DNA from: Waddliaceae bacterium
GTDB taxonomy: Bacteria > Chlamydiota > Chlamydiia > Chlamydiales > SLFE01
Length of the DNA stretch: 64,000 nt
Direction of reading: 5' to 3'
Assembly: GCA_963783885.1 (NCBI GenBank)
Contig: CAWAPJ010000008.1
Span: forward strand, 1 to 64,000
The notes beneath the pieces were generated by a model. That model did no database searches. It was not told the DNA's origin and saw only the letters and a program-made list of their open reading frames with translations. Position 1 is the first letter of the stretch, and the number at the start of each line of letters is the position of its first letter. This document shows, in pieces, positions 1-8,700 of the stretch. The translations under genes were made by a program, and so were the position numbers.

Positions 1-74
1 CCGAATCAGGGGGTCTTCCCCTATCTTCCATACAGCTCCCTCACGAGCTAAAGCTTATGAGGTTCGTGTCACAC
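1..74 (-). mobile_element. Group II intron 5' end, copy A (runs off the left edge; completeness unknown)
   Basis: Minus strand begins GTGTGACACGAAC at 74 (GUGYG consensus); identical to the 5' ends of the copies at 2343, 2982 and 5383. Confidence 0.8.
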
Positions 75-104
75 CACGGTACGACCCCTTTTCGGCCCCT
101 TTTG

Positions 105-431
105 TTAAACATATGGCCAAATGATTTTGACTCTTTTGTGTGAAGCATTTTTCCAAAATTTCTGAACATCTTGTAATAAGTGAACATATGCATCTAAATT
201 GCATGGGTTTAAATGAGGTAATTCATCATGAATAATTGCAATAGAATTACTCTCTAGCCAATTCAAGTCGCATAAACAGTCATATAAAGCATCCCAGTTA
301 TATCCAAAATATGATGGAAATTTTAAATTTTTAGAATAAAATTTCATTAATTGATTTTTTTCGTTAATTTCAACAGGTACGTTGATAATTAAATCATAAT
401 TTTCATACTTATTATATTCTTTATTTTTCAT
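105..431 (-). CDS. Barstar-family immunity protein
   Basis: FPSYFGYNWDALYDCLCDL barstar motif; directly downstream of a barnase-like toxin domain. Confidence 0.9.
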   Translation of the reverse strand: MKNKEYNKYENYDLIINVPVEINEKNQLMKFYSKNLKFPSYFGYNWDALYDCLCDLNWLESNSIAIIHDELPHLNPCNLDAYVHLLQDVQKFWKNASHKRVKIIWPYV

Positions 432-436
432 ATCTC

Positions 437-1741
437 TTATCTCACTTTAATAAATGATTGGTAATGATCGGGGGTATAATAAATTTCATCACATTCACCA
501 TAAATAATTCGTTGAGGACCAGGTCCTTTAATACCTGGTGTTGGATGCACGAATTCACGATAATAACTTTCAGTTTTTATCGGTAATAAATTTTCTCTAT
601 TACGGAAAATCGCTCCATCATTTCTATGAGAAAATTTGATACCTTTATCAATTCTTTTAATCGTAGAATTCAGATCATTCCATCCATATAATGCCTGATC
701 TTTTCCAACTTTAATTTCACTCCATACCATGGGAATTTCTTCCGCTGCAACACTTATACTGCTAATTTTACTTGCTTGAATTATAGACGATGCTCCCGAC
801 GTACCTACAACACTTAACAAATCATTTGTGATGGATGCACTTTGCGGTGACATTCCTGCTGTTTGCAGAAGATGTTCAGTTATTGTTGCTGTTTCTCTTC
901 CTGTGATCGCAGTGTTCATGCCGGCAACAAATTGATCAAGGCCATGAGCAAACACGGGCCATCCAACAGGAGCTGCAAGTCCTCCTGAACAGAAAATTGC
1001 CGAACCTCCGGCACTTGCCTCGGCAGCACCTATAAAGGCTTGCAGAGATCCCTGTACCCGAGGATTAGACAAAACATCTATAGAATTGTTGATTAAGGAC
1101 TTAAAATTAAAATCGCGAGCACAGGTAAAGGGATAAACTGCTGCATTTTTCATCCCCTGGAATTGCGCTCGAGGATCATACATGCCTATTTCCTCCGGCG
1201 TTGGGTCCCAATACCCGTCAAAGAGACCATACTCATCGAAATGAGTGAGCGGATTATTGTGAACATAAGCGTAGAGATTGAACCCGTCGGAGTAGCCTGT
1301 CGGATCGCAAGTGGTCCAGCGCCCAAGTGAGGAATCGTAATAGCGGCGCCCGAAATAAATCCACCCTGTTTCGGGATCAAGCCGCTTGCTGGAAAACTGA
1401 TAGGGAGGGGAGAGCCCTTGCGATTTTTCTACTTGTCCAAAGGCGCTGTATCTGGCGGCGTGAACGAAATTGCCTGTTTGAGCGTCGACTAGAGCAATGA
1501 CACTTCCCGATTGATCGTGAGTGGGGGCATAAACGACTCCCTCGATCTCCAGAGCGAAGGCCGCTCCGATTTCTGCGCCGAGACCGGCCCAAAGGGCGCG
1601 GAAAGAAGTAAACGCATCGCCTTCAAGACTGCCTACTTCGCAGCTATCCTGATAAAGGAATTTGGTTGTCGATTCAAGGTTCCAATCATCGAAGGTCTTG
1701 CAATATTTCTGCTTGGCGATTCGCCTGTTGGTCGGTAACAT
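437..1741 (-). CDS. Orphan Rhs core + C-terminal microbial guanyl-specific RNase (barnase/RNase Sa-like) toxin
   Basis: Rhs core YFGRRYYDSSLGRWTTCDP...NLYAYVHNNPLTHFDEYGL; C-terminus FRNRENLLP...YYREF...RIIYG...YYTPDHYQSF. N-terminally truncated; expression uncertain. Confidence 0.85.
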   Translation of the reverse strand: MLPTNRRIAKQKYCKTFDDWNLESTTKFLYQDSCEVGSLEGDAFTSFRALWAGLGAEIGAAFALEIEGVVYAPTHDQSGSVIALVDAQTGNFVHAARYSAFGQVEKSQGLSPPYQFSSKRLDPETGWIYFGRRYYDSSLGRWTTCDPTGYSDGFNLYAYVHNNPLTHFDEYGLFDGYWDPTPEEIGMYDPRAQFQGMKNAAVYPFTCARDFNFKSLINNSIDVLSNPRVQGSLQAFIGAAEASAGGSAIFCSGGLAAPVGWPVFAHGLDQFVAGMNTAITGRETATITEHLLQTAGMSPQSASITNDLLSVVGTSGASSIIQASKISSISVAAEEIPMVWSEIKVGKDQALYGWNDLNSTIKRIDKGIKFSHRNDGAIFRNRENLLPIKTESYYREFVHPTPGIKGPGPQRIIYGECDEIYYTPDHYQSFIKVR

Positions 1742-2346
1742 CTCGCGAAATCAGGTTTCCTGTTTCGCCATAAGTGATGTTGCTTTGCGACCACTCGGCA
1801 AAATTTTATTCAAGAGTGATTCACAATGCAGGGACCGGCCCCCTTTACGACCCCTTCGCTCCATCTCCATTACAGAAACTTCATCACTACTACGAGTCGT
1901 TCCGCCCCCGTGCCGCACATCGATACTCTCGCTCTTATGGGTCTTCCACTTTGAGCTTCTCTCTTATCATTACGACGACGAGTTCACACGTTCCATATGA
2001 AAGCCTATGTTAAGTTCATGCCACCTCTATGCCGGCCGCCGCTCAAGCAGTACTCAGGTTTCCCTTGAGCTTTAGTCCTGGATGCTGCCGTGATGCTTCC
2101 AGTTTTGACGACTTCTAAGGGCCTTACGACATTTTCATACAGTGGTTCACTTTCGTTCATCTCCTTAACATGCACCTGAAATGGTCATTTCCACTCCTTT
2201 TCCTTAACGCTCACCACGTGCGGCAATTTGCCTTCGCAGCTTAAGGTGGTTTGATTCTGCTCCTAAAAGCCGAATCAGGGGGTCTTCCCCTATCTTCCAT
2301 ACAGCTCCCTCACGAGCTAAAGCTTATGAGGTTCGTGTCACACCAC
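775..2346. repeat. ~1.57 kb direct repeat (copy 1): intron fragment + linker + Rhs core + pre-toxin region
   Basis: Near-identical to 3815-5386 (offset 3040). Confidence 0.95.
1847..2343 (-). mobile_element. Group II intron 5' fragment (DI-DIII), copy B; no RT ORF, no DV/DVI seen
   Basis: GTGTGACACGAAC start; EBS2-like GGCCCTT (2117-2123); EBS1 CACGGC (2087-2092) in a CTGGA..TCCAG hairpin; typical DIII GGCGGAACGACTCGTAGTAGTGATGAAG...GTAATGGAGATGGAGCGAAGGGGTCGT. Confidence 0.8.
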
Positions 2347-2394
2347 AGCACAGCCCTATCACGGACCTGTTTTCAGGTCTTTAACTCGGTCCTT

Positions 2395-2559
2395 TTACTT
2401 TTCCTTCTCGACCAAATCTTTAAATACTTGAATCAATTCCAGCATATTGAAAGGGCCACAATAACCTTTAAAAAGGTTATCTTTGATACAACAATAAATC
2501 CAATCCGTGTCAGTTCTATCTATAAATTTTTCAAAAAATTCATGATTATCTAAAATTGT
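2395..2559 (-). pseudogene. C-terminal half of a second Imm53-family immunity gene
   Basis: Manual translation TILDNHEFFEKFIDRTDTDWIYCCIKDNLFKGYCGPFNMLELIQVFKDLVEKEK* aligns with the C-terminal half of 3154-3456; no start, fused directly to intron copy C. Confidence 0.8.
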
Positions 2560-2982
2560 CGATACTCTCGCTCTTGTGGGTCTTCCACTTTGAGCTTCTC
2601 TCTTATCATTGCGACGACGAGTTCACACGTTCCATATGAAAGCCTATGTTAAGTTCATGCCACCTCTATGCCGGCCGCCGCTCAAGCAGTACTCAGGTTT
2701 CCCTTGAGCTTTAGTCCTGGATGCTGCCGTGATGCTTCCAGTTTTGACGACTTCTAAGGGCCTTACGACATTTTCATACAGTGGTTCACTTTCGTTCATC
2801 TCCTTAACATGCACCTGAAATGGTCATTTCCACTCCTTTTCCTTAACGCTCACCACGTGCGGCAATTTGCCTTCGCAGCTTAAGGTGGTTTGATTCTGCT
2901 CCTAAAAGCCGAATCAGGGGGTCTTCCCCTATCTTCCATACAGCTCCCTCACGAGCTAAAGCTTATGAGGTTCGTGTCACAC
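2559..2982 (-). mobile_element. Group II intron 5' fragment, copy C (truncated before DIII)
   Basis: Matches copy B with about two substitutions; homology stops at 2559. Confidence 0.8.
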
Positions 2983-3052
2983 CACGGCACGGCCCCTTCT
3001 CTAGGCCCCTTCTCTGTGGCTCATGGGGTATCCTCCTTTTGTGCAAAAAAAG

Positions 3053-3081
3053 AGTTTACCCCTGTTTTTTTCTCCTATCAA
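3053..3081 (-). promoter_or_regulatory. Candidate sigma70/sigma66 promoter pointing into intron copy C
   Basis: TTGATA-17 nt-TAAACT, followed by AAGGAGG and an ATG at 3024. Confidence 0.35.
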
Positions 3082-3153
3082 GTCTCAATTTTAATCTTGG
3101 CATGTTGCTCAGAACTTTCCCTAGAGAATTAGGCAACACACCCCTTCCTCACT

Positions 3154-3456
3154 TCACATTTCTACCCAATCCTTAAAAACTTTTATCATGTCCATTAAGT
3201 TATAAGGTCCACCATCTCCAAGAAATTGTGTGTTTTCAATTCTACAGCAATACCAGTCAAATTCGGAATTTTCGATTATTTTTTTTGGAAAGTGTTTATT
3301 TTCCAAATTAGTTCCATCGAGTTTTATGGTAATTGCCCAGCCAGGATTATCAATTGTAGTTATAAGAATATTTTGATCATGTTCCCAATCTCCATCACAG
3401 TTACTGTAATACCATTCTTGCAACCACAAAATGGCATCATAATTATCTTTCGTCAT
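3154..3456 (-). CDS. Immunity protein 53 (Imm53) family
   Basis: WLQEWYYSNCDGDWEH...ITTIDNPGW motif; ATGA overlap with toxin stop, GGAGG SD in the toxin's last codons. Confidence 0.85.
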   Translation of the reverse strand: MTKDNYDAILWLQEWYYSNCDGDWEHDQNILITTIDNPGWAITIKLDGTNLENKHFPKKIIENSEFDWYCCRIENTQFLGDGGPYNLMDMIKVFKDWVEM

Positions 3457-4781
3457 GGTACCTCCCAATAATATGGTTCTCTAACACCCCCAGGACATAA
3501 AGGATCATGTATATGAGGAGTTTCTACTCTGATTTCAGTAATTTTATTGTAATGATGATGCGGGTGCATAGGACCATCATATCGTACTCCCAATTCCCAA
3601 GGATTTGGATTTCTTGGATTAGATTGGGGCCAATATGTTTGATATTTTTCTGTCTTACCAGTTATTGGATTTTTTCTGAAAACACTATGCCCCCCATCTG
3701 CAAATTCATCAGGACTAAATCTTTTCCTTAATACTTTATTTTGTTTACCGAAATTTGTAAATGATGAAAATTCGTTAGGAAGTTGAAAACGAGAACAAGC
3801 CTGAAATCTACTCCCTTGAATTATAGACGATGCTCCCACCGTACCTACAACACTTAACAAATCATTTGTGATGGATGCACTTTGCGGTGACATTCCTGCT
3901 GTTTGCAGAAGATGTTCAGTTATTGTTGCTGTTTCTCTTCCTGTGATCGCAGTGTTCATGCCGGCAACAAATTGATCAAGGCCATGAGCAAACACGGGCC
4001 ATCCAACAGGAGCTGCAAGTCCTCCTGAACAGAAAATTGCCGAACCTCCGGCACTTGCCTCGGCAGCACCTATAAAGGCTTGCAGAGATCCCTGTACCCG
4101 AGGATTAGACAAAACATCTATAGAATTGTTGATTAAGGACCTAAAATTAAAATCGCGAGCACAGGTAAAGGGATAAACTGCTGCATTTTTCATCCCCTGG
4201 AATTGCGCTCGGGGGTCGTACATGCCTATTTCCTCGGGCGTTGGATCCCAATACCCGTCAAAGAGACCATACTCATCGAAATGAGTGAGCGGATTATTGT
4301 GAACATAAGCGTAGAGATTAAACCCGTCGGAGTAGCCTGTCGGATCGCAAGTGGTCCAGCGCCCAAGTGAGGAATCGTAATAGCGGCGTCCGAAATAAAT
4401 CCATCCTGTTTCGGGATCAAGCCGCTTGCTGGAAAACTGGTAGGGAGGGGAGAGTCCATGCGATTTTTCTACTTGTCCGAAGGCGCTGTATCTGGTGGCG
4501 TGAACGAAATCGCCTGTTTGCGCGTTAACTAGAGCAATGACACTTCCCGATTGATCGTGAGTGGGGGCATAAACGACTCCCTCGATCTCCAGAGCGAAGG
4601 CCGCTCCGATTTCTGCGCCGAGACCGGCCCAAAGGGCGCGGAAAGAAGTAAACGCATCGCCTTCAAGACTGCCTACTTCGCAGCTATCCTGATAAAGGAA
4701 TTTGGTTGTCGATTCAAGGTTCCAATCATCGAAGGTCTTGCAATATTTCTGCTTGGCGATTCGCCTGTTGGTCGGTAACAT
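3453..4781 (-). CDS. Orphan Rhs core + Ntox24-like C-terminal toxin
   Basis: Rhs core motif; CT with GHSVF...YQTY...NPRNP...RYD...H.N...TPHIH..PGGVR; the Imm53 neighbour fits Ntox24. Confidence 0.8.
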   Translation of the reverse strand: MLPTNRRIAKQKYCKTFDDWNLESTTKFLYQDSCEVGSLEGDAFTSFRALWAGLGAEIGAAFALEIEGVVYAPTHDQSGSVIALVNAQTGDFVHATRYSAFGQVEKSHGLSPPYQFSSKRLDPETGWIYFGRRYYDSSLGRWTTCDPTGYSDGFNLYAYVHNNPLTHFDEYGLFDGYWDPTPEEIGMYDPRAQFQGMKNAAVYPFTCARDFNFRSLINNSIDVLSNPRVQGSLQAFIGAAEASAGGSAIFCSGGLAAPVGWPVFAHGLDQFVAGMNTAITGRETATITEHLLQTAGMSPQSASITNDLLSVVGTVGASSIIQGSRFQACSRFQLPNEFSSFTNFGKQNKVLRKRFSPDEFADGGHSVFRKNPITGKTEKYQTYWPQSNPRNPNPWELGVRYDGPMHPHHHYNKITEIRVETPHIHDPLCPGGVREPYYWEVP

Positions 4782-5386
4782 CTCGCGAAATCAGGTTTCC
4801 TGTTTCGCCATAAGTGATGTTGCTTTGCGACCACTCGGCAAAATTTTATTCAAGAGTGATTCACAATGCAGGGACCGGCCCCCTTTACGACCCCTTCGCT
4901 CCATCTCCATTACAGAAACTTCATCACTACTACGAGTCGTTCCGCCCCCGTGCCGCACATCGATACTCTCGCTCTTATGGGTCTTCCACTTTGAGCTTCT
5001 CTCTTATCATTACGACGACGAGTTCACACGTTCCATATGAAAGCCTATGTTAAGTTCATGCCACCTCTATGCCGGCCGCCGCTCAAGCAGTACTCAGGTT
5101 TCCCTTGAGCTTTAGTCCTGGATGCTGCCGTGATGCTTCCAGTTTTGACGACTTCTAAGGGCCTTACGACATTTTCATACAGTGGTTCACTTTCGTTCAT
5201 CTCCTTAACATGCACCTGAAATGGTCATTTCCACTCCTTTTCCTTAACGCTCACCACGTGCGGCAATTTGCCTTCGCAGCTTAAGGTGGTTTGATTCTGC
5301 TCCTAAAAGCCGAATCAGGGGGTCTTCCCCTATCTTCCATACAGCTCCCTCACGAGCTAAAGCTTATGAGGTTCGTGTCACACCAC
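3815..5386. repeat. ~1.57 kb direct repeat (copy 2)
   Basis: Near-identical to 775-2346. Confidence 0.95.
4887..5383 (-). mobile_element. Group II intron 5' fragment (DI-DIII), copy D
   Basis: Appears identical to copy B; EBS1 5127-5132, EBS2 5157-5163. Confidence 0.8.
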
Positions 5387-5388
5387 GG

Positions 5389-5446
5389 CACGGCCCTATC
5401 ACGGCCCTATCACGGCCCTATCACGGCCCTATCACCACGGCCCCTT
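5389..5446. repeat. 11-bp tandem repeat CACGGCCCTAT x4 plus one variant unit
   Basis: Units at 5389, 5400, 5411, 5422 and variant CACGGCCCCTT at 5436. Confidence 0.95.
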
Positions 5447-5487
5447 CCCGCTAGTAAACTTGGGCCAACTTCCCGCGGCCCGCCTGT

Positions 5488-5748
5488 TCATTGGTCAGTT
5501 TTTGGTATTTCATCAGGTTCAGGATTTCTTACTTCTTTAATAAATTTCATTGATGAAGCACCGAATTTAATAAAATTTTCTCTTGCTTCATTTAAACTTT
5601 CTTTGTTGGCTCCACCTCTATAATTCGGATCATTATATTGAACATAATCATCTTCCCAATTACATACTGGGCAAATTTCATAGGTTCCTGGGGGTGATTC
5701 GGATAGAGTTAAGAAACCGCAACATGGGCATTTATACATTCTAGACAT
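5488..5748 (-). CDS. CPCC-family cysteine-rich protein, probable immunity protein
   Basis: CPCCGFLTL...YEICPVCNWEDD...GGANKESLNEARENF; follows the Rhs CT. Confidence 0.85.
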   Translation of the reverse strand: MSRMYKCPCCGFLTLSESPPGTYEICPVCNWEDDYVQYNDPNYRGGANKESLNEARENFIKFGASSMKFIKEVRNPEPDEIPKTDQ

Positions 5749-5753
5749 AACTC

Positions 5754-8700
5754 TTATTGTACCTCCCAATATAAATAACCATCTTCTGGGCGAAACATCG
5801 TTTTTGGAATGCCTTCCTTAGTGTATGCTCCAAAAGTATTTGTGGATGGATTATATCTTAACATCTCACCATTTACCCTCGTTTTATTGAACACATTTGG
5901 ATCAAAATATAGTTCCCTTGCTTTTTCTAAATATTCCTTAGAATTTCTCAATTCCGGAAATTCAACACAATGGTCTTTCCAATGCTTGTAAGCATTTTCT
6001 ACCGAAGAACGACTTTTAGTAGTAGACCAAATTGGTTTTGTATCTACCGATGATCCAAAAAATCTCTTTTGAACAGAAGCTATTTTAGCACTGATAGTAT
6101 TTTGAGGTGTAGCTCTTTGAACAGCTTTTGCCGCCTTTCTTGTTTTCCATAAAGCGTCAAATGTTCTCATGGCAACTTGAGCAGTCTTTCTCACATAAGG
6201 TATTTTTAAAGCCTTTTTTCCTAAGAATTTGACTCCTCTTCCACAAGCTCCCCACACTTTTTCTCCGGTAAGCTCAAGGGCTGTACCACCGGCAAGTAAA
6301 CCGATTTCCGTAAAGCTTCTTTGAGATATAGGAATCACTCTATTTGGATCATTAGGATCACCCCAGAATTCACTATGCAAGCTGCTTCCAAGCTCATAGG
6401 TACAACCAAAAAAGAAATCTCCCGCTTGTAATGCACCATATTTCATCCCTTGCAGCTGAGCTTCAGCATTGAACATTGCGCTTTCTTCCGGCGTTGGATC
6501 CCAATACCCGTCAAAGAGACCATACTCATCAAAATGAGTGAGCGGATTATTGTGAACATAAGCGTAGAGGTTAAACCCGTCTGAGTAACCTGTCGGATCG
6601 CAAGTGGTCCAGCGCCCAAGTGAGGAATCGTAATAGCGGCGTCCGAAATAAATCCACCCCGTTTCGGGATCAAGCCGTTTGCTGGAAAACTGGTAGGGAG
6701 GGGAGAGTCCATGCGATTTTTCAACTTGTCCGAAGGCGCTGTATCTGGCGGCGTGAACGAGATCGCCTGTTTGCGCATTAACTAAAGCAATGACACTTCC
6801 CGATTGGTCGTGAGTGGGGGCATAAACGACTCCCTCGATCTCCAGAGCGAAAGCCGCTCCGATTTCTGCACTGAGGCCGGCCCCAAGGGCGCGGAAAGAA
6901 GTAAACGTATCGCCTTCAAGACTGCCTACTTCGCAACTACCCTGATAAAGGAATTTTGTTGTCGATTCAAGACTCCAACCTGAGGTTGTCTTGCAATATT
7001 TCTGCTTGGCGATTCGCCTGTTTTGCGAATCGTAGATGTAGCGGTACTTTTCTTCATTCTTAATGACTGTGATAAGGCGGTCAAGAGCGTCGTATAAATA
7101 GGAGCTGTCGCTATCCAAAATGAGATTACCTGCAAGATCATAAGCGTAGGTTTTGCCGTTTGCGGTTAACACCTGATTTAAGTCATTGATGGCAATCTCA
7201 CCGCCGTCATAGGCAATGCGGTTATTGATGGAATCATGGGTGTAGGCATGGGATGCCATACCCTCTTCAGAAACAAGCTGGTCAAGCTTGTCATAAGAAT
7301 AATCACAGTGATTAAGACCCCATTGGTCGGTAACATCCCGCGAAATCAGGTTTCCTGTTTCATCATAAATAAGGTTGCTTTGCAACCAATATTTTGAATC
7401 CTGGGAAGTTTCGCGCCCCATCAAATCATAGCTGATGCCGATTCGGCCCGCAAGACCAATTTGGTGAATACTTTTGAGTTTCCCTGATATGCCGTATCGG
7501 TAGTTTGCGTAATACTCGTCTTGAGATGTTTTGTAGACAGCCTGCAGAAGATGGTCGCCTTGATACAGATATCCAACCTCTTTTTGGTAAGGAAAAGATA
7601 TTTTACCGGTCCTTCCCAGACAATCCTTCTCATAAAAAATTTCAAGATCATTGCCCAGTTTTTCAAAAATCATTTCTGAATGGTCGTTATACCTCCTTTG
7701 AGTCTCAAAGTTATTGATCCGGTCGAGGACAGAGATGAGATTTTTGAGCATGTCGTAAGTATATTCATAGCAAATGGCACTTTCTTCGGGAGCGTTGAGC
7801 GATTCAAGCTTTTCAACAAGCCCCAATGCATTGTAGGTATATTTCAGCACAATTCCGTTTGGCTTGAGAATTTTTTCTTTCTCTCCAAAATCATTGTATT
7901 CGTAACGCGTAATTCTCTGATCATTGGATCCGGCGGCTTCTATCAGGCAAGTCAGCTGATTTGCGCTGTTGTATTCCATAAGATTGATGATTGTACGGTC
8001 ATCTTTTCCCGGAGTAATGACAGTTTGCTCCTCTTGGATAAGATTTCCGACAAAATCAAATCTCTTATCGACTTTCGATAGCATCTGGCCAAATGGATCC
8101 TTTTTCTCAACACGAACGACGCGATCGAAAACATCATAGGTTTCAACCGTCTGAACTCCCTTGGGATCCACAGTCGTTTTTTGTAAAATGCGCTGCCCAA
8201 ATTCATTGCGAAATTCAAAATTGTAATCGATATACGTCGCATACCCTAAGGGATCGATAATTTTAGTCGGTTGATTCAGGACGTTATATTCCGTTTTCGT
8301 GATCGAGAGTCCCTCATCGGTATGGACAATCTCCGATATTTTATTCCCCGTTTCATCATATTCTGTTTGAACCCTGCCCCAAATGCGCCCTGATGAATCT
8401 TCTCGATACTCGTCTATCATCTGATTGCAAAAGTCATAAATTTTAACAGAAGCAATCCAATTCCCATCATGCCATTGCTTAACAACTGATTCTCTTCCCA
8501 GTGAATCATATTCATAGGTTGTGAGTCGGCCTTCCCTCTCAGCGGCAATTTTTCTGCCCGCCCCGTCATAGGAATAATTTGTCTTGACGCCTGCAGCATC
8601 GGTTTCAGAAACAAGCAAAGACCCTTTGTAGGTTTTGGCCTCTTTAGATAGCACCTCTCCATCAGAAGAGATGACAGTTTTGCCAATCAACCGTTTAAGG

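Noticed and set aside
1767-1800. Hairpin GCCGAGTGGTCGCAAAGCAACATCACTTATGGC as intron domain V
   Set aside because: No AGC/CGC triad or GNRA loop, and the segment aligns with rhs coding sequence 7362-7388 (WSQSNITYGETG)
5389-5446. CRISPR-like array
   Set aside because: Contiguous 11-bp units with no spacers and no cas genes
2251-5623. Repeated plus-strand ORFs MILLLKAESGG... and MMLLCDH...
   Set aside because: Antisense to the intron fragments; they recur only because the non-coding element is repeated, and their C-termini differ arbitrarily
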